From the NCBI GenBank assembly GCA_021162425.1, contig JAGGYQ010000046.1, positions 1 to 38,660 on the forward strand: DNA of 38,660 nt, read 5' to 3'. Positions 16,760 to 26,356 of the stretch are shown in pieces; the first letter of the stretch is position 1; each line of letters begins with the position of its first letter. The notes below the pieces were generated by a model. That model did not search any database, had not been told where the DNA came from, and saw nothing but the letters and a program-made list of their open reading frames with translations. A program made the position numbers and the translations under genes. Source of the DNA: Candidatus Aenigmatarchaeota archaeon. GTDB taxonomy: Archaea; Aenigmatarchaeota; Aenigmatarchaeia; QMZP01; QMZT01.

Positions 16760-18661
16760 ATGGAAAGCATGGATTATAAAAAGATAGGCCTCAAATGCGG
16801 AATTGAAATCCACCAGCAGCTTGACACAAAGCAAAAGCTTTTCTGCAAATGTAAATCGAGATTGGCTGAACACAATCCCGTAATGGAAGTTATCAGGAAA
16901 CTCCGGCCTGTTGTCGGTGAGACAGGAGAGATAGACACGGCAGTCCTTTACGAAACGATGAGAAATAAAGAATTTCATTACTTTGTTTATCCAGAAGAGT
17001 CATGTTTGGTTGAGCTTGATGAAGAACCGCCACACGAACCGAACCCCCAAGCGTTAAGAATTGCCTTGACAATAGCAGAGCTTCTGAAATGTGATATACC
17101 TGATGAGATACATTTTATGCGCAAGATTGTTATAGACGGCTCTAACACTTCAGGTTTTCAAAGAACCGCAATTATTGGATTGAACGGGAAAATAAAAACA
17201 TCATTCGGAGATGTAGGTATAACCAATGTTTGCCTCGAGGAGGAATCATGCAAAATTATAAAACGGGATGAGAATCGCGTCTTTTATGGGCTTGACCGCC
17301 TTGGCATACCACTCGTGGAAATAGGTACATCTCCAGACATACATACACCAGGGCAAGCAAAGGAAGTCGCCCAAAAGCTCGGAATGCTTGTGAGGTCAAC
17401 TATTGTAAAACGCGGTCTTGGGACAATACGTCAGGACATAAACGTTTCAATAAAAGATGGCGCGCGTGTCGAAATAAAAGGTGCGCAAGACCTCAAACTT
17501 ATACCAAAGCTTGTCGAACATGAGGCCATGAGGCAGGTGAATCTCATTAAAATAAGAGACGAGCTGAAAAAATCAGGCTTCAGACCAGTAAAACCAAAAC
17601 ACGTTCACGTTTCTCACATATTTTCAGATTCGGAGTCGAGAATTACCAAAGGAAAAACAACACACGCCTTACTAATACCTAATTTTGCGGGATTCCTGAA
17701 GAGAAGGCTCACACCCACCCGAACGCTGGGAAATGAAATAGCAAGTTATGTGAAAGCGGAAACAAAACTGAAAGGCATAATACATAGCGATGAGGACCTT
17801 AGCAGATACAGGCTTTCGGGCGAATTTGAAATTTTGAGAAAGCATTTGAAGGCGAGGAAGAACGACACTTTGATAATAGCAGTAGGTGAAGAGGATGAAG
17901 TCAAAAAAACAATGGAAGTGATAGCCAAAAGAATAAACCAACTCCTTATAGGCGTCCCCGAAGAGACAAGAAAAGCTCTGGATAACGGTGATACAGAATA
18001 TCTTAGACCGCTGCCCGGGTCTGAGAGGATGTACCCAGAGACAGATGTTATGCCAATAAAAATAACAAAGAACCTGCTCAACGAGATAAAAGAGAATCTT
18101 CCCGAAGTTCTCGAAGTGAGAGAGAAAAGGGAGATTGAAGAAATCAGAAAAAAAACCAAATTAAGTGATGAGTTGACAGTCCAGCTCGTCAGGATGGGGA
18201 GAAAGAGGTTATTTGACAGATTAGTTGGTCTGGGATATGACCCGAAAATAGTTTCAACCACGCTGACCGTTACGCTTCGCTATCTGGAAAGGAAAGAGAA
18301 GGTGAATATATCAAAGATCGACGACAGGCATTTAATCGAGACTTTCGAAGCTTTGCGTTCCGGTCGTATATCTAAGGAAGCGATACCGGAGGTTTTGAAA
18401 TGTTTTGCCGACAACCCAAACGAGACAATAGAGCTTATACTGGAAAAAACAGGATTGAAGCCGATAGGTAGGGATAAACTGAAAGAAATTGTGAAAAAGG
18501 TGATAGAAGAAAATAAGAATCTTGTAAACGATCCGAGAGGCGAGGACATTTTATTCGGTCTTGTCATGAGAAAGGTGAGGGGGAGAGCGAGAACAGATAT
18601 AGTGAAAGCTGTATTGAAAAAAGAAATAAAAAAATTCACAAATACTCACACTTTCCAATAA
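16760..18661 (+). CDS. gatE: Glu-tRNA(Gln) amidotransferase subunit E
   Basis: GLKCGIEIHQQL......KLFC.C, then the GatB/E core and an inserted AspRS-like domain. At 633 aa it is adjacent to gatD. Confidence 0.95.
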   Translation: MESMDYKKIGLKCGIEIHQQLDTKQKLFCKCKSRLAEHNPVMEVIRKLRPVVGETGEIDTAVLYETMRNKEFHYFVYPEESCLVELDEEPPHEPNPQALRIALTIAELLKCDIPDEIHFMRKIVIDGSNTSGFQRTAIIGLNGKIKTSFGDVGITNVCLEEESCKIIKRDENRVFYGLDRLGIPLVEIGTSPDIHTPGQAKEVAQKLGMLVRSTIVKRGLGTIRQDINVSIKDGARVEIKGAQDLKLIPKLVEHEAMRQVNLIKIRDELKKSGFRPVKPKHVHVSHIFSDSESRITKGKTTHALLIPNFAGFLKRRLTPTRTLGNEIASYVKAETKLKGIIHSDEDLSRYRLSGEFEILRKHLKARKNDTLIIAVGEEDEVKKTMEVIAKRINQLLIGVPEETRKALDNGDTEYLRPLPGSERMYPETDVMPIKITKNLLNEIKENLPEVLEVREKREIEEIRKKTKLSDELTVQLVRMGRKRLFDRLVGLGYDPKIVSTTLTVTLRYLERKEKVNISKIDDRHLIETFEALRSGRISKEAIPEVLKCFADNPNETIELILEKTGLKPIGRDKLKEIVKKVIEENKNLVNDPRGEDILFGLVMRKVRGRARTDIVKAVLKKEIKKFTNTHTFQ

Positions 18662-20094
18662 TTTGGCGATTCCTCTGTTATGATGATATCATGCGGATGT
18701 GATTCTTTGAGACCAGCAGGTGTTATCCTAACGAGTTTTGCATTTTTCCTCATTTCATCTATATTTTTACAACCTGAATAACCCATTGATGATTTCAAAC
18801 CACCGACAAGTTGAAATACTATTTCAGAAACATTTCCTCTGTAAGGAACCACACCTTCCACGCCCTCTGGAACAAGTTTGGTTTCACCTGCCTGTGAGTA
18901 TCGGTCCTTCGAACCTTTTTTCATTGCGCTTATCGAGCCCATGCCTCTGTATCTTTTGTATTTTCTTCCGCCTATGAAAACAACATCGCCTGGTGCTTCT
19001 TCAGTCCCGGCAAACAGCGAACCTATCATAACAGCAGAAGCTCCAGCAGCTATAGATTTTGCCATATCCCCTGAATATTTTATTCCACCATCCGCTATCA
19101 CACGAACCCCGTGCTTTTCCGCTGATTCAACAGCAGACATTATTGCTGTGATCTGAGGCACACCAACACCTGCAATTATGCGTGTTGTGCATATGGAACC
19201 CGGACCAACACCAACCTTGACAACATCTGCCCCTGCTGCTATCAGGTCTTCTGACCCTTCTTTTGTTGCAACATTCCCACCGATGATATCAATTGCATAA
19301 CGCTTTTTTATTCTTTTGATAGCGTTTATCACATTCTCGCTGTGCCCGTGTGCTGTGTCAATTACTATGACATCAACTTCCGCATTTATAAGGGACTCAA
19401 CCCTCTTCTCATCAAAAGGCCCAACAGCAGCGCCTACAAGAAGTCTGCCTTCTTTGTCCTTCAATGCATTTGGGTATTTTTTTGTTTTTTCCAGATCGGT
19501 CCATGTTACAAGACCTTTTAATCTCCCCTGCTCATCAACAACAGGGAGTTTCTCTATTTTGTGTTTGTCCATAATTTCCATTGCTTTGTTGACATCTTTT
19601 TCCGTTATTGTTACAGGATGTTTGGTCATGACATTTTTGACTTTTTCATCTGGATTCTTATCGAATCTTATGTCTCTCATTGTTACGATACCTATAACTT
19701 TTCTGTTTTCATCTATCACAGGGAAACTGCCTATTCCATGAGCGTTGATTATGTTGAATAGTTTTTCAATTTTGTCTTCAGGCGAAACTGTCACAGGGTT
19801 GCGGATAATCCAAGATTCAAATTTTTTCACTTTCCTGACCTGTGTGACCTGTTCATCAATGCTCATGTTTTTGTGAATGATACCAATGCCGCCTGCCTGA
19901 GCCAGGGCTATGGCAAGTCTTGCTTCGGTCACCGTATCCATCGCTGCGCTTAGGATCGGTATGTTGAGTGATATGTTCTTTGTCAATTTTGTTCTGATAT
20001 CGACGTCTCTTGGGATGACGTTTGACCTTCTGGGAAGAATTAAGACATCATCAAAGGTTAGCGCTATACCCTCAACTACTTTTCCACTTAACAT
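18646..20094 (-). CDS. guaB: IMP dehydrogenase (with tandem CBS domains)
   Basis: [16 protein letters not shown], catalytic loop [12 protein letters not shown], and GGIKYSGD...GMGS..AM. The 3' end overlaps the gatE 3' end by 16 nt (convergent genes). Confidence 0.96.
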   Translation of the reverse strand: MLSGKVVEGIALTFDDVLILPRRSNVIPRDVDIRTKLTKNISLNIPILSAAMDTVTEARLAIALAQAGGIGIIHKNMSIDEQVTQVRKVKKFESWIIRNPVTVSPEDKIEKLFNIINAHGIGSFPVIDENRKVIGIVTMRDIRFDKNPDEKVKNVMTKHPVTITEKDVNKAMEIMDKHKIEKLPVVDEQGRLKGLVTWTDLEKTKKYPNALKDKEGRLLVGAAVGPFDEKRVESLINAEVDVIVIDTAHGHSENVINAIKRIKKRYAIDIIGGNVATKEGSEDLIAAGADVVKVGVGPGSICTTRIIAGVGVPQITAIMSAVESAEKHGVRVIADGGIKYSGDMAKSIAAGASAVMIGSLFAGTEEAPGDVVFIGGRKYKRYRGMGSISAMKKGSKDRYSQAGETKLVPEGVEGVVPYRGNVSEIVFQLVGGLKSSMGYSGCKNIDEMRKNAKLVRITPAGLKESHPHDIIITEESPNYWKV

Positions 20095-20123
20095 ATTAAG
20101 ATTGGGATTCCTTATTTAAAAGT

Positions 20124-20870
20124 TTATTTTACATATATGATGCTGGCGTTATTGTTGGTTTTTCTGACAGCTACTATGTCGCCTTTTCTTATCTTTGCTG
20201 TCTGGTCATCCTGTCCGTCTATGCATACTTCTCCCTCGTTATTGAGACATTTTACTTTAACCGAGCCTCTGTTTATTAGTATTTCTCCTTTTTTAAGCCT
20301 TCCAGAATAAGGGGCTATTGCCACTACACCGAATTTTTTTGACATATCTTCCAGGGGTTTTGCTCCAGCAGAGGCAGCATATGCATGTGAGCCGGTCGGG
20401 GTGTAGACTAGTATACCAGAGTTTCTTTCTACTGTCTTTTTTCCTTTTAAAGTTAATTCTGCGTCAAGGATTCTTCTGACGTAAATCGGCGAAATGAGAA
20501 CATCGTTCAAAGCCAAAAATGGCATTTTTGTTTTGTTTATGTATGCTTCAAGCCTGGTGTATTTTTTCACCTCGTAATCTTTCCCCTCTTTTCCAAACAA
20601 GAGATTTCTCAATTTCCTTCCGAAGTTTTTTGGATTTGCTGTCATATAATAGCCGACAGAACTTCCTGGATTTATTCCGAATATGGGGGCGGATAGTGTA
20701 TTCTGGTGTCTTAGAACTGTTCCATCACCCCCTATGAGTATGGCGAGGTCAACGTTGTTTTTATCGGTGAGAGTGTACTTAAGTCCGAATCTGTCCAGAA
20801 TTTTGCAGACTTTTTTCTTTATTTCCTCTCCATAACCTGTTTTGCACCCCACGAAAACTTTTGAGAACAT
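20124..20870 (-). CDS. nadK: NAD(+) kinase
   Basis: LILIGGDGTVLR carries the GGDGT motif, followed by ALNDV....., STPTGSHAYA.SAGA-like YTPTGSHAYAASAGA. The internal ATG at 20870 (MFSKVFVGC) is preferred over the track start at 20939, which overlaps the divergent gene. Confidence 0.88.
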   Translation of the reverse strand: MFSKVFVGCKTGYGEEIKKKVCKILDRFGLKYTLTDKNNVDLAILIGGDGTVLRHQNTLSAPIFGINPGSSVGYYMTANPKNFGRKLRNLLFGKEGKDYEVKKYTRLEAYINKTKMPFLALNDVLISPIYVRRILDAELTLKGKKTVERNSGILVYTPTGSHAYAASAGAKPLEDMSKKFGVVAIAPYSGRLKKGEILINRGSVKVKCLNNEGEVCIDGQDDQTAKIRKGDIVAVRKTNNNASIIYVK

Positions 20871-20927
20871 ATTTTTAATTTTAACCCAGACTTTTAAGTA
20901 TTTGTTTCTTTGAGATATATTTTTACT

Positions 20928-21569
20928 ATGAATATCCATAGAAAAAAATTGTTCGAAGTAACCCTTTGGGTAATCTTTTTGGCAGGTTTGCTGAAGGCGT
21001 ACGTGCTCCCTGAGATCGCTTTGTTAGTTGGCAAAGAATTCATCTGGATACCCGATTGGGTGAGCGCCCCGTACAGCGGGCATCTCATAGCGGTTTTCAT
21101 GGGCTTCCTACCTGTGGCAGGCGTTGCGGATTATTTCTTTAGGAGGGGGCATCTGGAGAGAAGGAAACCGAGAACGTTACACCTTGTGTTCGGAGTCCTC
21201 CTCATAACCGGGGCGTTCCTCGCGGTGTGTGAGCGTATCTTCGTGGGGGGCGATTCTCTGTTCTCGGTTTTCTGGACACTTTCTGACACCCCGTTCTCTG
21301 GCCTGGCGTTCGGACTGCTCATTCCGTTCCACAGGCTTGAGAAAGAAAAGAGACTGCTTTTATTTTTATCCACGTTCGCATTTTTCTACATAGGGGTCCC
21401 TTTTGCAGCGGCTGCGAAAATTTTAAACCCTTCCCTTTCAGGCCTTCCTTCGTATAATCCGCCTTTCTGGCTTGATGCGTGGTTCTGGAGCGACATGATA
21501 GTAAATATCGGGGTCGGAGCTTTCATTTTCTGGGCGCTTTTGAAAAAGGGAAAGATGAAAGGGTTATAA
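20928..21569 (+). CDS. Integral membrane protein, unknown function (about 6 TM helices), compositionally GC-rich
   Basis: Hydrophobic helices run throughout, and no family is recognised. GC content is visibly higher than in the neighbours. The ATG at 20928 is preferred over the TTG at 20910. Confidence 0.6.
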   Translation: MNIHRKKLFEVTLWVIFLAGLLKAYVLPEIALLVGKEFIWIPDWVSAPYSGHLIAVFMGFLPVAGVADYFFRRGHLERRKPRTLHLVFGVLLITGAFLAVCERIFVGGDSLFSVFWTLSDTPFSGLAFGLLIPFHRLEKEKRLLLFLSTFAFFYIGVPFAAAAKILNPSLSGLPSYNPPFWLDAWFWSDMIVNIGVGAFIFWALLKKGKMKGL

Positions 21570-21591
21570 AATCTGGATTTTAAAATACAAT

Positions 21592-21864
21592 ATGTACACC
21601 AAATTTTTAACAATCTGTATTATACTCGGAGTTTTCGTGATTTTAACATGGGCTCCCTGGCTGGACAACCAGAAAATTCATGACAATGTTTTTCAGGAAA
21701 AAGCGCATAAAGATGGAACGTATGGATGGGTTATCCAGCCGAATGGAAGCAAGAGTTATGAACTGATATGTGATTACAAAATCAATTATGCCCCTTTAGG
21801 GAGATGGGTGGCAAGCTGCGAAGGTGGATATTACGTGACGTTCTGGGGAGAGATAGTTGAATAA
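21592..21864 (+). CDS. Small secreted or membrane-anchored protein, unknown function
   Basis: 90 aa with an N-terminal hydrophobic segment (FLTICIILGVFVILTWAPW) followed by a soluble domain with two Cys. It is on the same strand as the preceding membrane gene, 22 nt downstream. Confidence 0.5.
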   Translation: MYTKFLTICIILGVFVILTWAPWLDNQKIHDNVFQEKAHKDGTYGWVIQPNGSKSYELICDYKINYAPLGRWVASCEGGYYVTFWGEIVE

Positions 21865-21911
21865 TATGATGCAATTTAATAAATCAAATCAATTATTATA
21901 GGGGGTTAGAA

Positions 21912-22070
21912 ATGAAATTTAATAAAAAAGGCTTTGTTACAGGAGCAATTGTTGGTGCAGTAGTAGGGGCTGTCTCAGGGATAACAAATTCAGGGATAGT
22001 GGAAAAAATTTTAATAGCGGTTGTTCTTGGCGCTGTTGTGGCAACAATTATATATTTCATCTGGAAGTAG
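21912..22070 (+). CDS. 52-aa glycine-zipper membrane peptide (below the ORF-track size cutoff)
   Basis: Own translation: MKFNKKGFVTGAIVGAVVGAVSGITNSGIVEKILIAVVLGAVVATIIYFIWK*. It has a GxxxGxxxGxxG zipper plus a second TM helix. The ATG is preceded by aGGGGG (21901-21905). The 93-aa minus-strand ORF here (21896-22177) looks like its antisense shadow (P/T/A-rich). Confidence 0.5.
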   Translation: MKFNKKGFVTGAIVGAVVGAVSGITNSGIVEKILIAVVLGAVVATIIYFIWK

Positions 22071-22133
22071 AAATAGTCGCCAATTCCTAAATTCTGCTTT
22101 GTGAAATAGTCTGGCTTCGAATAATAGTTGTTA

Positions 22134-22174
22134 GCAGAAATTGTCGTATATATTTTATGAAGGGAGACCGCCGC
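22134..22174. repeat. Left arm of a ~40-nt imperfect inverted repeat (partner at 23224-23261)
   Basis: gcagaaattgtcgtatatattttatgaAGGGAGACCGCCGC. The 14-nt core (22161-22174) is the exact reverse complement of 23224-23237. The outer blocks gacaa, tctgc and (at)n are also shared. Confidence 0.6.
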
Positions 22175-22185
22175 CAACCTTATAG

Positions 22186-22923
22186 TTAGTTTTCATCTCC
22201 TCCTTTATAAATAACCAATATAACGGGCAAAAGTGTTAAAATGGAGCAGATTACATGATCCATTTTTCTTTTTAACACCCCTTTAAGATAGTCAGATACC
22301 CTGTCCGAGTCTGTTATAATAAATTCGTCACGAGAAAAACCCGATATGACAATATAGTGGCCATGTGTAAATCCTCTTATATCGCTATATTCATCATCCT
22401 CTGTTGTTCTTTTGATACCAAAAAAAATATTTTCATTCACAGGAGCGATAACAGGTATCCTATTTTTTAAAAAATGCTTAATTAACTCCTTTGTAATGAT
22501 GGAAAAAACAAGTTCTCCACCATTTTCTATAAATAATTTTGCCGTTTTCAATGGATACAAATTCCATTCTGTTATATATTTGTCTTTTCTTTTGATGGAA
22601 GACAAAAATTTTATTCTCCGCTCTATTTTATTTAGGAGTTTTTTGTTGTTGAGATTTATCCACGAGGGATCAAAGATTTCTGTAGATGAAGTTATGACTT
22701 TGGTTTTAAAGCCTCTTTTTAAAGCTGAAAGACCCAGAAGAAATATCCAATCCATGCCCTTGTATATTGTTTTTGTCTCTTCAATTAATTCCTTTATATC
22801 GTATTTTTTTCTTGTAAAGTATTCCATTACTTCAGCTAAACAAGTTGGTGCACATTGCATATATGGCTGTCTGTGTCTAGGAACTTTCAATCTGATTGAC
22901 ATAAAATTAATATGTTTATGCAA
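22186..22923 (-). CDS. Stand-alone papain-fold cysteine peptidase, C39-like
   Basis: RQPYMQCAPTCLAEVMEYF parallels the C39 Q-x(4-5)-C-[GA]-P-x-x-L...Y motif (oxyanion Gln plus catalytic Cys). HGHYIVISGFSRDEFIITDSD parallels the C39 His block H[FY]VV....(D/N)P. No ABC-transporter domain is attached. Confidence 0.55.
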   Translation of the reverse strand: MHKHINFMSIRLKVPRHRQPYMQCAPTCLAEVMEYFTRKKYDIKELIEETKTIYKGMDWIFLLGLSALKRGFKTKVITSSTEIFDPSWINLNNKKLLNKIERRIKFLSSIKRKDKYITEWNLYPLKTAKLFIENGGELVFSIITKELIKHFLKNRIPVIAPVNENIFFGIKRTTEDDEYSDIRGFTHGHYIVISGFSRDEFIITDSDRVSDYLKGVLKRKMDHVICSILTLLPVILVIYKGGDEN

Positions 22924-23102
22924 TTAAAATATTTTAAACACTAACTATAGTAACTATCCACAAAAATTAAACAATATATAAAAAGCCTTGGATGCGAAGT
23001 AAATAATCATTTAGGGAGATTCGGTATAAATTGTTTAGCTTTTGGAGCTAAATTCTTATTCATATTTAAACTCTTCTGGATTACTCAGGTTCATCAAAAG
23101 AA

Positions 23103-23342
23103 CTAAAAAAGATTATTGTCCCATGTTCTTTTAACTTTAGAATATCTTCTGGAAGACTTGTTATGGGGTTTTGACATATATTTAATATCTCTATATTGTA
23201 TAGCTATTGGACGATAATATTTAGCGGCGGTCTCCCTGTTGATTATATATGACAACTCTGCAGTGCGTCGCATCTTGCCTTCATTGCATTCGACTCTGCC
23301 AACAAGCGTTATCAGGTTCGCCGGACGCTTTTGCTGGCTCAC
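23103..23342 (-). CDS. Hypothetical small basic protein (79 aa); coding status uncertain
   Basis: The ORF lies between glyA and the peptidase gene on the same strand. It is Lys/Arg-rich and no family is recognised. Its 5' half (about 23220-23342) is the only GC-rich part of an otherwise AT-rich spacer and contains the right inverted-repeat arm. Confidence 0.3.
   Translation of the reverse strand: MSQQKRPANLITLVGRVECNEGKMRRTAELSYIINRETAAKYYRPIAIQYRDIKYMSKPHNKSSRRYSKVKRTWDNNLF
23224..23261. repeat. Right arm of the imperfect inverted repeat (partner at 22134-22174)
   Basis: GCGGCGGTCTCCCTgttgattatatatgacaactctgc. About 31 of ~41 aligned positions match the reverse complement of the left arm, including a perfect 14-mer. 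Confidence 0.6.
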
Positions 23343-23349
23343 CCAATGT

Positions 23350-24591
23350 TCACCTATAAATCACAAAATCCTTACAAAGCTCCTTCACTTCATTTCTGAT
23401 TTCCTCGAGCTTTCGGTTATCTTTGTAGTTCTCTATTGCCTTATTTATGAGGTCTCCTATATACTTCATCTCACTTTCCTTCATACCTCTCGTCGTTACC
23501 GCAGGCGTTCCCAGGCGAATACCACTCGGATCAAAGGGACTTCTGGGGTCGTAAGGAATCATATTCTTGTTAACAGTTATGCCTGCTTTGTCCAACGCCT
23601 CTTCTGCCTCTTTTCCTGTTAACCCTTTGTTACGAAGATCGATAAGAATAAGATGATTATCGGTCCCATCTGTTATCAGTTTGAATCCTTGACTCATCAA
23701 CCTGTCGGCCAACGCTTTCGCATTTTTGACTATCTGCCTTCCGTATTCCTTGAACTCAGGCTGCATTGCTTCTTTAAACGCGACGGCCTTCGCCGCTATA
23801 ACGTGTTCATGTGGTCCTCCCTGCAAACCAGGGAACACAGCCCTGTCAATCGCCTTTGCAAACTTTTCCTTACACATTATCATTGCTCCTCTCGGACCGC
23901 GAAGTGTTTTGTGCGTCGTTGTTGTAACGACATCTGTGAATGGGAATGGCGACTGATGAACACCTGCGACTATCAAACCTGCGATATGCGATATATCCGC
24001 CATAGATATCGCTCCAACCTCTTCCGCTATTTCGTGGAACACCTTGAAATCTATCTCCCTCGGATACGCGGTGGCGCCTGAAACTATGATTTTAGGCTTT
24101 TCCTGTAGAGCGATTTTTCTCACTTCATCATAATCTATCAGGTGTGTTTCAGAATCCACGCCATAATGAACAACTCTATAAGCTTTCCCTGAGAAATTGA
24201 CTTTGTGTCCGTGTGTGAGATGACCGCCGTGAGCAAGATTCATACCCATGAATGTCTCTCCAAACTCGAGCAAGGCGAAGTAAACCGCGATATTTGCAGG
24301 TGACCCAGAATAAGGCTGAACATTGACATGCTCCGCTCCAAAAAGCTTCTTCGCTCGCTCTATTGCAAGATTCTCAACTATGTCGATATATTGATTCCCC
24401 CCGTAATAACGTTTCCCGGGATAACCTTCGGCATACTTATTGTTAAACACGCTTCCAAGCGCGCGAAGGACAGCCTTGCTGGGGAAGTTTTCCGATGGGA
24501 TAAGTTCGAGGCCTTCGTTTATCCTTTGAGCTTCTTTTATTTCCAGCTCAAAAATCTCATTGTCAATTGCCTTTAACTCTTCATCCCACAC
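23350..24591 (-). CDS. glyA: Serine hydroxymethyltransferase
   Basis: [30 protein letters not shown], and the PLP-lysine block [13 protein letters not shown]. Confidence 0.97.
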   Translation of the reverse strand: MWDEELKAIDNEIFELEIKEAQRINEGLELIPSENFPSKAVLRALGSVFNNKYAEGYPGKRYYGGNQYIDIVENLAIERAKKLFGAEHVNVQPYSGSPANIAVYFALLEFGETFMGMNLAHGGHLTHGHKVNFSGKAYRVVHYGVDSETHLIDYDEVRKIALQEKPKIIVSGATAYPREIDFKVFHEIAEEVGAISMADISHIAGLIVAGVHQSPFPFTDVVTTTTHKTLRGPRGAMIMCKEKFAKAIDRAVFPGLQGGPHEHVIAAKAVAFKEAMQPEFKEYGRQIVKNAKALADRLMSQGFKLITDGTDNHLILIDLRNKGLTGKEAEEALDKAGITVNKNMIPYDPRSPFDPSGIRLGTPAVTTRGMKESEMKYIGDLINKAIENYKDNRKLEEIRNEVKELCKDFVIYR

Positions 24592-24659
24592 ATTCCCACC
24601 AAACCCGTGATAATTATTTTGCGTTGAGGTTTAAATGTATAGAGGTTCAATACAAGAAT

Positions 24660-25226
24660 ATGATATCGGGGCCTGAATTAAAAGGGGAAAGAATCGAGTT
24701 AAGAAAACTGACACTCTCCGATGCTAGCGATATTCATAGAAATTTGCAGGACAAAGCGATAATCAAATGGACCATGCATATCCCTTGGCCTTATAAAATG
24801 CAGGACGCTGTAAAATTTATCAGAAAAACGCACCACGGAATCAGGAAGAAGACAAATTTCACTTTCGGAATCGTATACAAGGAAACCAGTAGAGTAATCG
24901 GTGTTATCCGTATCGGAGACATCGACTGGAAAAACAAGAACGCAGAGATAGGCTACTGGCTGGGTAAAAAGTATTGGGGCAGAGGTTTGGCAAGCGAGGC
25001 CGTAAGATTAATTCTAAAATTTGCTTTCGAGAAGTTAAAACTCCATAAAGTTTACGCAGGCCTTTTTGAAGAAAATATCGCCTCCAGGAAAGTATTAGAA
25101 AAATGCGGATTTAGACTGGAAGGAACAATAAGAGAATGCAGATTCAGATACAAAAAATGGCATAACGAATTGAGGTTTGGAATACTGGAATCAGAATACA
25201 AAATGAACACGAGTGAGTATGAATAG
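24660..25226 (+). CDS. GNAT-family N-acetyltransferase (RimJ/RimL-like)
   Basis: IELRKLTLSDA....................IG.I.....DW.N..AEIGYWLGKKYWGRGLASEAV......AFE.L.LHKVYA.....N..S.KVLEKCGF..EG. The ATG at 24660 is preferred; the track start at 24567 overlaps the glyA 5' end. Confidence 0.85.
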   Translation: MISGPELKGERIELRKLTLSDASDIHRNLQDKAIIKWTMHIPWPYKMQDAVKFIRKTHHGIRKKTNFTFGIVYKETSRVIGVIRIGDIDWKNKNAEIGYWLGKKYWGRGLASEAVRLILKFAFEKLKLHKVYAGLFEENIASRKVLEKCGFRLEGTIRECRFRYKKWHNELRFGILESEYKMNTSEYE

Positions 25227-26343
25227 AAAAATTCGCAGGCTACTCAGCGAGTTTGAAAAGAAAACCTCAGCTGTTCCTCGATGCCCGCATTTCGGCGAGT
25301 GCGGGGGCTGTTCATTTCAGGATATGAAATACGAAGAGCAGTTGGAAATGAAAAAGTGGATTGCCGAGAAAATTTTTGATTTTAAAATCGAAATAACACC
25401 TTCCGAACCATTTGCATATAGGAACAGGATGGACTTTGTGTGCGCGTTTGGAATGATCGGATTGAGAAGAAAAGAAACATTCAGTCATGTCGTGGAGATA
25501 GAGAACTGCCCTCTGATGTCCCGAAGGATGAACAACGTCTTTCTCAGGGTAAAGGATATAGTCAGGGATTCTGGATTGAAAGACTACAATTACCTTAAGC
25601 ATGACGGCTATCTTCGGTATATAGTTCTGCGTGAGGCAAGGTTCTCGAATCAAATAATGATAAATTTTGTCACAGCAACCAATGACGAAAATATAAAAAC
25701 TGTTATGGACAAGGTTTCATCACTATCCGAGTCTGTTATATGGAGTGTGAATTCCAGCAAATCGGATGTTAGCTTCGGTGAAGTCAAGGGTTCTTTAAAA
25801 TCTCGATACATAAGAGAGAGGTTCGATAATATCAGTTACTTGATAGGTGCGAATACATTCTTTCAGACAAACCCTGCTATGGCGTTAAAGCTTTACAGAA
25901 GGTTAAAAGAAGAGGTTTATGGAAATGCTCTTGACCTCTACTGCGGGGTCGGTGGAATATCTCTTTTTATTGCGGACAAAGCAGACAAAGTTATTGGCGT
26001 GGATATTGTAAAAGAATCCATAGAACTCGCAAAGAGAAATGCAAAGACAAACAGGATAGACAACGTTGAATTTTTCAACGAAAACGTGAAGGATTTTCTG
26101 AAGAAAAAACTACGCGTTGATATTGTTGTGATAGACCCACCGAGGGCAGGATTGAGCAAAAAAATCGTCGAGAGAATAACGCGAATCAGACCTGAAAAAA
26201 TAGTTTATGTCTCGTGCAACCCATTCAGCTTGAGAAGAGATATAGAATGGTTTAAGGATTACGAAATAGAATTGATTGAGGCATACGATTTTTTCCCGCA
26301 GACCCCTCATTTCGAGATGCTGGGAATATTAAAAAGGAAATGA
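25219..26343 (+). CDS. RNA (uracil-C5)-methyltransferase, RumA/RlmC/TrmA family, with a [4Fe-4S] site and no TRAM domain
   Basis: Cluster cysteines CPHFGECGGC plus ENCPL. SAM motif I DLYCGVGGISL, motif IV VVIDPPRAGL, and catalytic YVSCNP. It overlaps the GNAT gene stop. Confidence 0.88.
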   Translation: MNRKIRRLLSEFEKKTSAVPRCPHFGECGGCSFQDMKYEEQLEMKKWIAEKIFDFKIEITPSEPFAYRNRMDFVCAFGMIGLRRKETFSHVVEIENCPLMSRRMNNVFLRVKDIVRDSGLKDYNYLKHDGYLRYIVLREARFSNQIMINFVTATNDENIKTVMDKVSSLSESVIWSVNSSKSDVSFGEVKGSLKSRYIRERFDNISYLIGANTFFQTNPAMALKLYRRLKEEVYGNALDLYCGVGGISLFIADKADKVIGVDIVKESIELAKRNAKTNRIDNVEFFNENVKDFLKKKLRVDIVVIDPPRAGLSKKIVERITRIRPEKIVYVSCNPFSLRRDIEWFKDYEIELIEAYDFFPQTPHFEMLGILKRK

Positions 26344-26356
26344 AGTTAACATGTCC

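Noticed and set aside
21896-22177. 93-aa minus-strand ORF between the small-peptide genes and the peptidase gene.
   Set aside because: Its C-terminal two thirds are a Pro/Thr/Ala-rich mirror of the glycine-zipper ORF on the plus strand. It starts with TTG inside the inverted-repeat arm. It is judged an antisense shadow, although this cannot be excluded without conservation data.
22924-23102. The AT-rich spacer upstream of the peptidase gene was checked for a tRNA or small RNA. It includes a small hairpin ttagct-tttgg-agctaa near 23035-23051.
   Set aside because: There is no cloverleaf-compatible GC-rich stems and no C/D-box (RUGAUGA...CUGA) arrangement. The 6-bp hairpin is too weak to call.
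23239-24576. Plus-strand ORFs 23239-23622, 23653-24081, 23726-23956 and 24328-24576.
   Set aside because: They are antisense to the highly conserved glyA CDS and have no recognisable motifs.
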